From: Callorhinchus milii
Lineage: Eukaryota
Assembly (NCBI RefSeq): GCF_018977255.1
Contig: NW_024704743.1
Coordinates: forward strand, 109,556,001-109,620,000
Direction: 5' to 3'
Length of the DNA: 64,000 bases
In this document: positions 47,665 through 60,500 of the stretch, piece by piece
How positions within the stretch are numbered: position 1 is the first letter of the stretch
Layout of the letters: every line of letters begins with the position of its first letter
Notes under the pieces: generated by a model
Seen by the model: only the letters and a program-made list of their open reading frames with translations
Database searches by the model: none
Told to the model about the DNA's origin: nothing
Program-made: the position numbers and the translations under genes

Positions 47665-48445
47665 TAGAATAATAGAATAAGAGAATTATACAGCACAGAA
47701 GGAGGCCATTTGGCCCATCGTGTCTGAGCTGGCTGTTTAAAAAGACCTATCCAAATCAAGCCCACTCCCCCGCTCTCTCCCCATAGCCCTGCAAACTTGT
47801 CCTCCTCAAATGATTATCCACTTCTCTCTTAAAAGCTGTTACTAAATTGGCTTCCACCCCCTTTCAGGTAATGCATTCCAGATCCGAACAACTCGCTGTG
47901 TAAACAAATTTCTCCTCACCTCCCCTCTGTTTCTTTTAACAACGATTTTAAATCAGTGTCCTCGGGTTACTGACCCACCCACCAGTGGAGTTAGTATCTC
48001 CTTGTTCACCCTATTGAATTCCCTCATAATTTTGAATACTTCTATTAAGTCTCCTCTTCACCTTCTCTGCTCCAAGGAGAATAATCCTAGCTTCTCAAGT
48101 TTCCCCTGATAACTAAAGTACCTCATTCCTGGTACTATCCTGGTAAATCTCCTTTGCACCCTCTCCAATGCCTTGACATCCCTCCTAAAGTGTGGTGCCC
48201 AGAACTGAACACGGTACTCTAGCTGAGGCCTAACCAGTGTTTTATAAAGTCTCATCATAACTTCCTGACTTATGTATTCTATGCCCCTATTTATAAAGCC
48301 TAGTATCCCGTATGCTTTTTTAACAGCTTTATCTACCTGCCCTGCTACCTTCAAAGACTTACTTATATGAACCCCCAGGTCTCTCTGTTCCTTCACCCCT
48401 TCTAAGATTGTACCATCTAACTTAGACTGCTTCTCCTCATTCTTT
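47665..48445 (-). mobile_element. CR1 LINE 3' fragment
   Basis: ORF 48058-48396 QRDLGVH..LYKTLVRPQLEY..QFWAP..LERVQRRFTR; CR1 3' UTR. Confidence 0.93.
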
Positions 48446-48479
48446 TCTAAAACCTTAGCTCTTTGACAGTGCGATCAGT

Positions 48480-48820
48480 CACCTTATCTCTGAGCACATA
48501 AGGCTATCCATACATTGGGACATTAAGCTCAAAATCTAGACTGATGCTCCAACCGATTGTCCAGAGAAAATTGTGTTGTCAGAGGTGCCATCCTTGAGAT
48601 GAGATGTTAAATGATCTGCCAGTTCAAGTGGATGTTAAAGATCCCATAGCACCATTCAAAAAGATCGGATTTTCTCCTGGTGTCCTGGCCAACAATCCAC
48701 CGTATAAAATCCCGTCATTCACTTCATGTCTGTTTATGGGGCATTGATATGTGTAACTTGGCTGCCCCCAATGATTACACTGAACAATAATTACTGTAAA
48801 GTGGTTTGAGATGTTTTGAC
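48480..48820 (+). mobile_element. Deu-domain SINE
   Basis: TCTAGACTGA..TGTCAGAGGTGCCATCCTTGAGATGAGATGTTAAA..AAAGATCCCATAGCAC..GGTGTCCTGGCCAAC. Confidence 0.78.
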
Positions 48821-49485
48821 TTGGACTTTAGACTTGGACCGTGGTATAAAGGAAGATCGCTGTGGAAAGGTAGCAGCTACCACAGCTCTGCTCTGAGCAC
48901 TAAAAGGATGTTTGGAGTAATCACCACAATGACTTACAAGCCCGATATCATACTCTGAAGGAGTGGCGATGAAATGAAATGGTTGGCAATTGGCTTTCTT
49001 GTAACGAGAAATGATTAAACCTACAATTAATCATTTAATCAATGGCTAATGTTAGTTTAATGACCGGCATTTTGCAGTCGTTTCATCCTTAATTATGCAC
49101 AGTGTGGAGCAGCAGATGTTTTATTTCAGTCTAAAACACTAGAAGCAGCAGCAGCCAGTTCTCACTGTGATACAACATCACAGCAAAAAGCACTCCAAAG
49201 TGTTGCTCCACCTCTACTCCATATCTTTCTCTTTTGTAATAAAGGGAGATGCTATTTGCATGAAGAGCTTTCTCAACCAAGTAGCCCTGACTCTTCAGCC
49301 GTAAGAGATCCCTACGGTATTCTCTGTAAAGAGAAGGGAGTTTCTCCTTGTGACTTGGCCAACAATTCCCCAGGTAAAATTGATCATTCACTTCAACACT
49401 ATTTATGGGATATTGTTGTGCAAATTGGTTGCTGCATTTGCCTACAAAATATAGAGTCATTACAGTTCACAGAAAAATCCTATGA

Positions 49486-50240
49486 ACAACAACAAATTAC
49501 ACTTGTATAGCGCCCTTCATATCAGAAAGACATTCCAGCATGCTGGACAGTCAGGGGTTTTGGACCCGAGTTGGGATCAAGAGGGTTGAAAGGCAGTAGG
49601 GGTGGCTGAAGGCACCATCGAAGAAGAAAGTCTTTAGATGGGCCTTGAAGGAAGCAACATAAGAGGTGAGGTGGAGGGATTGTGGGATAGAGTTCCAGAG
49701 TGTGGCGGCAGAAATACTGAAGGCCCGACTGGCAATGGTGGGGCGGGAAATATGGGGGACCTGACGTAGGCCGGTGTCCGCACAGTGGAAGGAGCCGATA
49801 GGCTGATATGAGGTTAGTAGGCCACAGAGTTAGGAGGAGCAAGACAATGGAGGACTTTCAAGGTGAGATCGAGGGTTTCGAACTCGATTCTCTGAGGGAT
49901 GGGGAGCCAGTCAAGACAGGCAAGAATGGGGGTGATCGGTTCGCGGAGCCTGGTGTGGAAGAGTGTACGAGCTGCAAAGTTCTGAATAATCTGCAGCTTG
50001 TAGAGACGAGTTGGGAAGTCCAGTGAGTAGGCAGTTAGTGTAGTCAAGTTGGGATGTGATGAAAGTATGGATAATTGTCTCGGTGGCCTGTGGTGAGAGG
50101 AGGTGAGCAATGTTGCAGAGGTGTGGAAAGGCGGAATAGGTCACAGTACGAATGTGGGGTTTGCAGGATAGCTGAGGGTCGAACAGGACCTGAGATTCCG
50201 TATTGGCTCAGTGAAGTGTACAGTGCAACCATGATTAGTG
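49486..50240 (-). mobile_element. L2 LINE 3' part, degenerate
   Basis: (CAA)n tail at 49486; [33 protein letters not shown]; truncates a plus-strand SINE (49300-49485). Confidence 0.88.
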
Positions 50241-50274
50241 ATACTGACAGCAACTGAGATGAGGAGGCGCTTTA

Positions 50275-50650
50275 CATTTATATAGCACCTTTCACATCAG
50301 GAGGACATCCCAAGGCACTGGACAATCAGGAATCCGCACCCAAGCTGGTGGTTGGGATCAAGAAGGGTGGAGGGCAGGGAGGGTAGGGGTAGAAGGGTGA
50401 CCGAAGGCACGGTCGAAGAGGAGGGTCTTGAGATGGGTCTTGAAGGAGACAAGGGAGGGGCCAAGGCAGAGGGACTGTGGTTTGGAGTTCCAGAGGGTAG
50501 GGGTAGAGAGGCTGAAGGCCTGCCCACCAATGGTGGGGTGGGCAAGTTGGGGGGATTTGAAGCAGGCCGGAGCCGCTTAGCAGAGGGAGCGGACAAATTG
50601 GTAGGGGTTTAGGTGGTCACATGGGTAGGGAGGAGCAAGGCTGTGGAGGG
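50275..50650 (-). mobile_element. L2 3' fragment
   Basis: TACATTTATATAGCACCTTTCACATCAGGAGGACATCCCAAGG tail plus antisense distal ORF2. Confidence 0.85.
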
Positions 50651-50989
50651 AGAAACATCTCAAAGCCCTTTGTAGTTAATGTAGTGACTGTAATTTGTAG
50701 CCGAGTTACAAAGCCCTAAGTCTGCCTCTCTCTAACTTTTATCCCGATGAAGAAAGGACAGCGAGATAACATTGGGAAGTCCTACCGACGTGAAAGGCGC
50801 TATACAAATGTAATTTTGTTGTTGTTGTTAACACTTACAATATACATCTCTGTCAGTCCACTGCGATTAATAGCACCAATACCACAAGTGATACTTTGAC
50901 CACCTGTAAGAAGATCATCAACCAGTGATGCATGAACAAGCTTCTTGGGTAAGTGTGGGGGTAATGTAGAATAAGTAACTAACAGTAAT

Positions 50990-51700
50990 CATAATGCTTG
51001 CATTTCATATGGTGCCTTGGAATGTTCTCCAGACGTGAAAGGGGCTATACAAATGTAATGTTATTGTTGTTGTCTTATCATGGCAAATATCTCGGACAGC
51101 TTTACAGCGATTTCATTCAACTGTAGTGACTGTGTATTTGTAGGTGAACATGGTAGCGAATTTGCACATTGCAATGTTCCACAAGCACCCATGAATTGAA
51201 TGATCAATTTGTTATTTGGGGGATTGATAGCCATGACACTGGGAGGAACACTTTATTTTGAATGATGCTATGAGATCTTTAACATTCACCTGTAGCTGTA
51301 GCTACAGGTCAATGTAGCTCAGTGGTTAGAGCGCTCGCCTCTCAAGCGAGAGGCCTGGGTTCGATTCCCAGCAGGGTGAAACCTTGGGCAAGTTTCGTTA
51401 CTCCACATGCCGAATAATAATCCCTCAAGAAAAGAAAAACAATAATAAATTGGTCACTTCAATACAAGACTGTTTGTGGGACACTGCTGTGTGCAATTGG
51501 CTGCTGCAATTTGCCCACAAACATACAGTCAATTGACTTTACAGTATAATCTGTGAAGCGCTTTGAGACGTCTAGAAGACGTGAAAAGTGCTATATCAAA
51601 TGCAAGGATTATTATTATTATTAACAGACAGATGGTATCTTGGCTTAATGTCTGAATTGAAAGAGAGCACCTCTGACAAAGCAGTGGACGCTGCAGTGGT
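50990..51700 (-). mobile_element. Deu-domain SINE split by a younger SINE
   Basis: Consensus CACCTG|AACAG(G/A)CAGA is broken at ~51292 and resumes at ~51623. Confidence 0.72.
51313..51622 (+). mobile_element. Young tRNA-derived SINE, short form
   Basis: TGTAGCTCAGTGGTTAGAGCG..GGTTCGATTCCC..AAACCTTGGGCAAG..(ATT)n. Confidence 0.92.
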
Positions 51701-52091
51701 GTGTCACTGTTGAGCTCACTGCTTTGTCTTCAAAAGAGCCGGCAGGCAATCACAGAGCTATTTTAACTATTTGAAATCATTGACGTGAGCAGTCTTTCAG
51801 TTTTGCCATGGGCAATTCTGGTGGTAACAGAAACTTTAGACAGGACAAAGCTGGGCCTTGTGAAATATTAATGACCATTATATCTAAGGCTGCAGTGTCT
51901 CCTTGTTTTTTGATGTCTAGTCTTTTCACCATCAATTGTTTTTCAAAAAAAATGTCAGCAGCATATTTATTATCAGTCTGTTTGAGCTGGTTGGTGAGTA
52001 TTTTATAATATTTATCTAAACAAAAAGTCACACTTCTCATGAGCATTGCTTTGTTATTGTAATAACAATCATTTTTACACTTGAGAAAATA

Positions 52092-52305
52092 TTAATAAGA
52101 CTTGCATTTGATATGGCGCCTTATCTCGTCTTCTAGACTCCGTAAAAAAGCACTTCACAGAATATATTGTAAAATGGATTGACTGTATATTTTGTGGGCA
52201 AAATGCGGCAGCCAATTTGGCACAGAGGTATCCCACAAACAGTTGTAGATTGAGTGCCCAAATTATTATTATTATTTTTTTGAAGGGATTATTACCCCCA
52301 GAAAA
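52092..52305 (-). mobile_element. tRNA-derived SINE 3' half
   Basis: Consensus tail and body. Confidence 0.8.
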
Positions 52306-55260
52306 GATCTACTGAGAGAACACTTGGCCTGAATTTGAACAGCTCACTTGAGCACATGATCACTAAGCTCAGGCTGGGCTTGCCCTAGCGGAGAAGCCTC
52401 CGGTCATCTGACATACTTGGGAGGTTGTGAAAACAGGGATCGGGTCCGCATCAAAACTTCTGAAAGCAAAGGGCTTTTCAAGAGTTTTATATAGTGTAGT
52501 GACTGCAATTGTCGGCTAATGCCAATTTTACATATGGTGTTGTCTGACAAATAGCCAAAGAGAATGGAAAACAATTGCTCAATGGCCAGTTGTTAAGAAG
52601 CCTCCTCCACTTGTATCAGCAGCAACTACTACAGTAAACTCCAGATAGCTCCACCCTGGCTTAACTCGTCACTGTCACTTTAGTTGTCAATATCCTGACC
52701 TCTTCCCATATAAATATTAGTAAGGGACATCACTTTATTCGTTACACGGCTTGACACATAACTTATCACTGCATTGTATATAGATGGAAAATAAGCACAT
52801 TTATTGATGCAGACTGATAACTCATCACATTGGGATAATTCGTCAATGGATACTTGTTCCTTGGATTGATGAGTTATCCTGAGTTTACTGTATATAACGA
52901 CTGTCATTTGGGATAGTGTCTCGGAGCGCTTAACAATGGTGTAGTTGCCGCTGAGGTGAGGAGAAAGGGGAGGTGATCACAGGCACAGTCGAAGAGGAAA
53001 GTCTTCAGGTGTGGGTCAAGACATTGGCTGAAAGCATGGCCACTGACGGCGAATGGTTTGACGTCTCATCTATAGGATGGCACCACAGCCAATGCAACAC
53101 TTCAGAGGTTTAAAGAGGGAGAAAGAGTAAGGAAATGAGAAAGAAAGATTCAGAGAGAAAGAATCAGAGAGGGAGAAAGCAGGCCTATCTGCTGATAGCA
53201 GAGCGTTTTTGTCAGCACTACAGCCAGTCTCTATCACTAATCCGCACTGTTTTTATATCCACAAGGGAGTTAGGTTCAATCAGTGCGGATAACCAGCTCT
53301 CAACCTTTCACATGAAACATCACATTAAAATGCTTAGCCATTCCCTGCAAGTGTTGTGTATTTTTAGTGACTGTAATATATTCGGATGCCCTTGGGCATC
53401 AAATTCATCCCATTATTTTCACGTGACCATGTCCTTTTTTGCCTCGACATCCAGTCATTGCAAGATAGATGCATAAACCGCAAAGTGGCTTTCAAGATGC
53501 CTTTCACCAAGACCAGTCCTGGAAAATAATCGCATTATATGTTTAAACGTTTACTACTTTTAATCTGTGCAATCTATTTCATTGAAAGTGCTACACCGTG
53601 CCACTTAATTCCATTGGGGGGGAAAAAACATTATTTTCGAATTGGGTTCTTGTACTTTACGAGACCAGACAAGCTTAATTTCTACCGAGTGACCTTCCTC
53701 CGACTTGTTACCCTATCATTTACGGAGGACGTACATGATAGCTGACAGCGGCATATGGTGTTTCGTTCCATCAGCGAAGAGGCCTGAATGTCAGCTGTGG
53801 GCTTGCTGCTGACCTTTGCAAAAGCTAAATCTCATGAGTTAAATAAGTCATTTTCCACTCATTTTTCATTCGTTCAAAACCTATCGGAAGATATTAATAA
53901 TAATTGTTGCATTTTAATATAGCACCTTTCACATCGGGACAACATTTCAAAGCACTTCACAGGATTTTACTGTCAAGTGTAGTGACCGTGTACCTTGCAG
54001 GTACACACACAGACAATTTGTACACAGCAATGTCCCGCAAACATTCATGAAGTGGCCAGGGCACCAGGAGAGACTCCTCTTTTCAAATGAGGCCAAGGTA
54101 AACCTGCACTCGGGTGGAATTTCTCTTAATAAGAGGCTGAGACTAAGTGGGATTTCGGGGGCCTAACCAGGCAGATGTTCACCGAGACCCATACGTTTGT
54201 ATGAAACCATTGGGTCTGCTCACTGAATCAGAAAATGTTACTGCACAGAACAGGCTGTTCATTGCATCACATCTGTGCTGGTGATTTGCAACACCAGCCC
54301 ACTCTCTTCCTCCCCACCACCCCCTGCCCACACAAACACACTCTTTTTAAAACCCCTCTTTCCAAGTGCATATATAATTCCTTTTTCAATGAATTTACGG
54401 AATCTGCCTTGACAATGGTCTGTCAGGATACAAAACCCAAGCTATCTCAGATCCAACCCCCTCAAGCGTGACGCAAAGCGTACTGCCAAAATAATGTATA
54501 TTTCATTCGATTGCATTTATTTTTTATGCAAATGTGTTCATAAGATCACTAATTCATAAAGATTTTAAATCCATGTATGTCTCTGCCTTCATTCCGAGAT
54601 TCTGCATGAGCCTGAGAGTCCCTTGCATCCTGACTGCTGCAGTTCCCGATCTCAAAGTGAATGAGAAGAGCTCTGTTTCCTCACTGCAGCTTTATTGTCT
54701 TGTGTCCTTAATACCCAAATGATTGCTTATCCTGCCGACCACATCCTGCTGCATTATGACATTTTGATTTGAGCATTTTAATTGTTGAATAAAAAAAAAA
54801 TTAGGAAAGGAAGCACACAACAAGAAATGTTGATTCAAAAGAAGTTAAGCCCCTCTCTCCTCCCCCTCCCATTCAAGGTTAAGGCTCTGTAATGTGGGCC
54901 ATGGGTGGTTAAATTCAGCCTTCAGGACATGGCTGGTTAAGGTTCAAGTCCCTGTCCCCTATTCAGGGGAACATTATATCATGGAATTATTGGACAAGAG
55001 AAGGGAGTTTGTCCTGGCTGACCATCCTTCAGGTAAATATTAGCCATTCATGTCATGGGCTGTTTGCTGTATGGAAATTGGCTGCTGTGTTTGTCTTCAA
55101 ATAAACATTCACTGCATTTCACGGAAACTCAGTAGGTACTTCGAGGCCCTTGCTGTGTTATAGCTTAGGTGAAATTTCAAATGCAATGATAATAGTTTTC
55201 CAATAGAAGGGGACATAAACTTGGGTTTTGCACATAAACTTGGAAAAAATGTTTATTTAT

Positions 55261-55578
55261 AATAATAATAATAATCCTTGCATTTGAGATAGCGCTTTTC
55301 ACGTCTTCTCGATGTCTCCAAGCACTTCACAGAATAGACTGCAAAGTGAATTGACTATATATTTGTGGGCGAAACGCGGCAGCCAATTGCACACAGCAGT
55401 GTCCCACAAAAGGTCGTAGATTGAAAATGACCAATTTATTATTGTTTTTGGAGGGATTATTATTAGGCTCTGTGTGGGGTAAGGAAACTTGCCCAAGGTT
55501 TCGCCCTGTGCCTGGAATTGAACCCAGGTCTCTCGCTTGCAAAGTGAGTGCTCTAACCACTGAGCTACAGGACTCCAC
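55261..55578 (-). mobile_element. Young tRNA-derived SINE, short form, full length
   Basis: Colinear and near-identical with 1971-2296. Confidence 0.93.
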
Positions 55579-56654
55579 AAATCTAATGTTCAGTGTATCT
55601 AATCAGAATCCACTTTATCTCTTTAACAGAATTCCTCAATGAGGGACCTGAGCCAAATCTGCAGTTTGTCACAGAGGAAGAAGAACAAGAAGGAAGAAAA
55701 AGGAAGAAGATTTCTGCACTCCTTGAGTGTCCCGAGTGAAGGGCATTATGTAAATGCAAGTTGTTAATGTTACTGTAGAAGGTACAGGAAAGAGTGGGGA
55801 ATTGGGATAAGGTTGGATAGCTTCTTGGAGGAGTAAACATAAACACAAAATAATTGGGATAAGTGGCCTCCTTGCTGTATTGTACATTTCTACGGTTCTA
55901 ATGTATGACGGTCGGGGAACTCCCAACATGGGCAGAAAATATCAGGTCTGAACTTGACAAAAGAAATCTTCATGTTTATTGATGGACTGTAATGGCAAAG
56001 AACTACTGGAAAGTTGTAACTAATTTATTTGACAACTGAGTTGAATAAAGCAACAGTTTAGTATATCTCATGTACAATGCAGTGTGATTCTATGTACAAG
56101 TGCATAACATTGTACATGTAAAATATGTATTGTTCTCCATTGTTCTGCATTCTACGTTACAACCAATCTAAATGGTACGTCTGAATTCATACAACCTTGT
56201 AATGCATATGGGGTTGTATCACACCAAACTGCAAGGTAAGAGTTTGGGCTAGACTGGCTCAAGACATGACTGAGCCATGGTATTCCCACTGGTTGGCAAA
56301 TTAAAAATAATCATTGCATTTGATTTGGCATCTAATCATCTCAGAATGCTTCATCTGATTTACTGTAAAGTGTAGTATATTTTGTAGGCAAACACAGTAG
56401 CGGTTTTGTGCAAAGCAAATAACCCTTAAGTAAATCACCAATTTTATTTAGGGGGATTTTTGGCTAGGACAGCATGAGTGACTATGTACCTGTAGGCAAA
56501 TTGGTAACAAAGGAGTGCATAACCTCAGGGTTATTGCTGGGAGAGGTAATTGGGAGATATTAGAACAATAAGAATGAACATTTTCATAGTGCCTTTCATG
56601 GAGCTTGAACCCACAATCTTCTAATTCAGAGGTGAGAGTGCGATCAACTCAACT

Positions 56655-58790
56655 GGAAGAGGACTAATTTCAGTGAGTTAAAAAGAGACCTAGCCATGGT
56701 TGACTGGAAAGAAAGATTGGCAGGTAAAACGAGCAATGGGAAGCCTTCAATGAGAAGATAGTTTGGGGACAGAACAAATATATTTCCACAAAGGGGAAAG
56801 GTAGTGCATCCAAACCTCTTGGATGAATAAGGAAATTGAAATTAAAATAAAACAGAAAAGAAGGCTTATGATAAATTTCAGGTCCAAAATACAGAAGATA
56901 ATCAAATAGAATATAGAAAGTACAGAGGAGAACTGAAAAAGGAAATAAGAGGAGTAAAGAGATTGTATGAGAAAAGATTAGCGGGTAACATCAAAAGGAA
57001 CCCTAAGGTAGTTTATAAGCATATAAAGAATAAAAAGCTAGTCAAAGGTAGGGTGGGTCCAATTCAGGACCAAAGAGGAAATCTTGTGGAGGCAGAGGGC
57101 ATGGCTAATGTATTGAATGAGTAACTTTGCATTTGTCTTCACAAAAGAAGAGGATGCAGCCAATGCCACAGTATCAAAGGAGAGGGTAGAGAAATTGGAT
57201 ACAATAAGAATAAACTGGTACTAAAAAGGTTGGCGGTGCTCAAGGTAGATAAGTCACCCAATCTACACCGGATGTATCCTAGGTTACTGAGAGAAGTAAG
57301 GGTGGAAATAATGGAGGCTCTGGCCACAATTTTTCAATCCTCCTTAGACACTGGGTGGTGCCAGAGGACTGGAGGGTTGCAAATGTTACTCCACTGTACA
57401 AAAAGGACAGAAGGATAAACCCGGGAACTACAGGCCAATCAGCCTAACATTAGTAGTGGGGAAACTTCTAGAGACTATAATCCGGGACAAAATAAATTTT
57501 CACTTAGAAAAATATGGGTTTTATCAAGGTTAGGCAACACGGATTTGTTAAAGGCAAATCATGTCTAACAAACCTAATAGAGTTTTTTGATGAAGTAATG
57601 GAGAGGGTGGATGAAGGTAGTGCAGTTGATGTCGTTTATATGGATTTTCAAAAGGCGTTTGATAAAGTACCACATAAGAGACTCGTAAGCAAAATAGAAG
57701 CCCATGGTATTAAAGGGACAGTGGCAGCATGGATACAGAAGTAGCTGGGAGACAGAAAGTAGAGAGCGATGGTGAATGGTTGTTTTTCTGACTGGAGGGA
57801 AGTGTGCAGTTGTGTCCCCCAAAGGGTCAGTATCTACTACTACAGACACTTCTGTTTTTGATTTATATAAATGACCTGGACTTGGGTATAGGGAGTACAA
57901 TTTCCAAGTTTGCATATGATACTAAGCTAGGAAAAACAGTAAAGAGTGAGGAGGATAGTAGCACTGCAAATGGACATAGCCAGACCAGTAAAATGGGCCG
58001 ACATGTAGCAGATGAAGTTGAATGTGGAGAAATGCAAAGTGATGCATTTTGGGAAGAAGAATAAGGAGAGGCAATATAAGCTGATGGTACAATCTTAAAG
58101 TTGGTGAAGGAACAGAGAGACCTATGGGTTCATATAAGTAAATCTTTGAAGGTGGCAGGACAGGTAGATAAAGCTGTTAAAAAACATGCGGGATGCTGGT
58201 TTTATAAATAGGGGCATAGAATACAAAAGTCAGAAAGTTATGATAATCCTTTATAAAACACTGGTTAGACCTCAGGTAGAATACTGTGTTCAGTTCTGGG
58301 CACTACACTTTAGGAAGGCTGTCAAGGCATTGCAAAGGAGATTCATCAGGATGGTACCAGGAATTAGGGACTTTAGTTATCAGGGGAGACTAGAGAAGCT
58401 AGGATTTTTCCCTTGGAGCAGAGAAGATTAAGAGGAGACTTAATAGAAGTTTTCAAAATGATTAGGGGATTCGATAGGGTGAACAAGGAAAAATTATTTC
58501 CACTGTTGGATGGGTTTGTAACCTGACACACTGATTTAAAATAGTGGTAAAAAGAAAAGGAGGGGAGCTGAGCAGAAATGTTTTCACACAGTGAGTTGTT
58601 CGGATCTGGAATGCATGGCCTGAAAGGGTGATGGAAGCCGATTCGATAATAACTTTTAAGAGAGAAGTAGATAATTATTTGGGGAGAGTGCGGGGAATGG
58701 GATTGATTTGGATAGCTCTTTTCAAAGATCCAGCACAGACATGATGGGGCAAATGGCCTTCTTCTGTGCTATGTAATTCTACGATTCTAT
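56655..58790 (+). mobile_element. CR1 LINE, ~2.1 kb, 5'-truncated, degenerate RT
   Basis: NYRPISLT, QHGFVKGKSCLTNLIEFF, VDVVYMDFQKAFDKVPH, FLIYINDLD, SKFAYDTKL, LYKTLVRPQVEYCVQFW with stops and frameshifts; (ATTCTA-G)n tail. Confidence 0.95.
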
Positions 58791-59166
58791 AAACTGAGAC
58801 AAGCTGACACAAAATAACCTCTTTTGGCCGTTTACCTTCCCTCTCCACTGAGTTATACGGTAATAAAATCAACTGTTTAATGTCTCCTCAAATTATTAGG
58901 TTTAATAATTAGTGAGATAAAATAAATACACGAGAGACCGACCCGCTTGGAGCACAGTAACGGGATCCCTTCCAGCTCCTGTCTTCTCCACACGTCCTTA
59001 TCAAATGGAGCTTTGCAGTTGCTGCCGAGATAAAGGGAAGATTGAAAACAAAACAACAACTAAGGCTCCATTGTCTTACAATAAGAGCTCCTTGTTACAC
59101 ACAGTTCTCAGATGATTTCTCAGATTGAAACGATTTTTGTGTTTGATTTTTTCCAACCGACACGGA

Positions 59167-59355
59167 AACAACAACAACAATTTGCATTTATATAGTGATC
59201 CTTACGCAGTCCATGACAGTGGTAGAGCAAAACTCTGAGCCGGGAGGAGGTGACTGTAGGCACGGTCAAATAGGAAGGTCTTCAGGCGCGACCTGAAAAT
59301 GCAGAAGGAAGGGGCAAGGCGGAGGGATAGAGGAAGAGTGTTCCAGAGTTTCGGG
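59167..59355 (-). mobile_element. L2 3' fragment
   Basis: (CAA)n tail; minus strand encodes [29 protein letters not shown]. Confidence 0.82.
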
Positions 59356-60249
59356 GGAAGGAAACAAATGCCTTGATTCTTCCATTGCAAGAAAGCATGC
59401 TTCATTGTCCTGCTGCTCAGAACGACACACTTTGTGGACGATGAATCAATTGCTGTCCCTTTTAGTGCAATAAATAACAACATAATTACACTCTGAATCC
59501 CATCTCTTTCCTTCTCTCCCCTCCCCTCCCTGAAAAACAGTCAGACAATAAGTGAATAATTATAAGAATGATGAAACAGCAATGTAGATTTGGTTTAACA
59601 GAGCCTCTGGCGGAATGAGCATTTTTATGCACATAGTCATTAGGATGCCTTTAAGGTTTGTTTGTCAGCAGAAATCTTTGATATGCCAAAAAAGATGCAC
59701 TTGATGTGCTCTGTTAAAATGAGACCTCTTTATAACAGGAGAGTTTCTGGATTCTTCCATTGCTGTGCTCTCAGGAAGGGCAATATGAGCGTACAGACAT
59801 GCAGGCAGACAGGTAATGCAAACATGCAGGCAGAGACTGCATAGAGGCAGTATAGGCAATTCAAGCAAGCAGTGCAGACAGGCAGGCAATTCAGTTTCAA
59901 TGCAACATGAAGTGTTTGTCTACAAATACACTACACTAGACAGCATATCCCTGTGAAGCTCTTTGAGATATTTTGACATCACAGGCATCACTGTATCACA
60001 CATAAGGATTATTTTATATTACTAGGAAGAGACCCCTGAACTGATAGCTAATACTTGCCCAGAGTTAGTTACTGTGCCTTGAGGGCGGGAGCCATGGTGA
60101 GTGCTACCTCTTAGTAACAGTTCAACTTCCATCATTATTCTGAGTTCACAGCAATTACTTGAACCACAAGTAGTAGTGTGGGGGGAAGGTAAGTGGAATC
60201 CACTAAGTGCTGAGACAGGTGGTAATCCAGGCACTGCTGATGTGCCTGT

Positions 60250-60500
60250 CAGCAAGATTTGGAGGGTCAGACCAGTCATTGGGAGCAGGGATCCTTTCTA
60301 TTCATCTCCTATTAACTTCAACCTGTGCCATACACTCTCCGAAATTAGGTAAGCAGAGTGCATCCCTCATAGAGAGAGTATGCATTCCACAGAAAAATTT
60401 CCATGTCTAGGCGGCATACATATGTGGAACTCTCAGTCTGGTTTGGATACCCTCAAGCATGGTGATGGCTTTCTGCATGTGTCAGATGCCCAGCTGACCA
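60250..60500 (-). repeat. Unclassified old dispersed repeat, most complete copy
   Basis: Minus strand GGTCAGCTGGGCATCTGACACATG..TATCCAAACCAGACTGAGAGTTCCACAT..GTTAATAGGAG..CCCAATGACTGGTC. Confidence 0.6.

Noticed and set aside
52680..52907. 75-aa minus ORF
   Set aside because: Starts at the edge of an L2 tail fragment; no clear splice sites or homology recognised.
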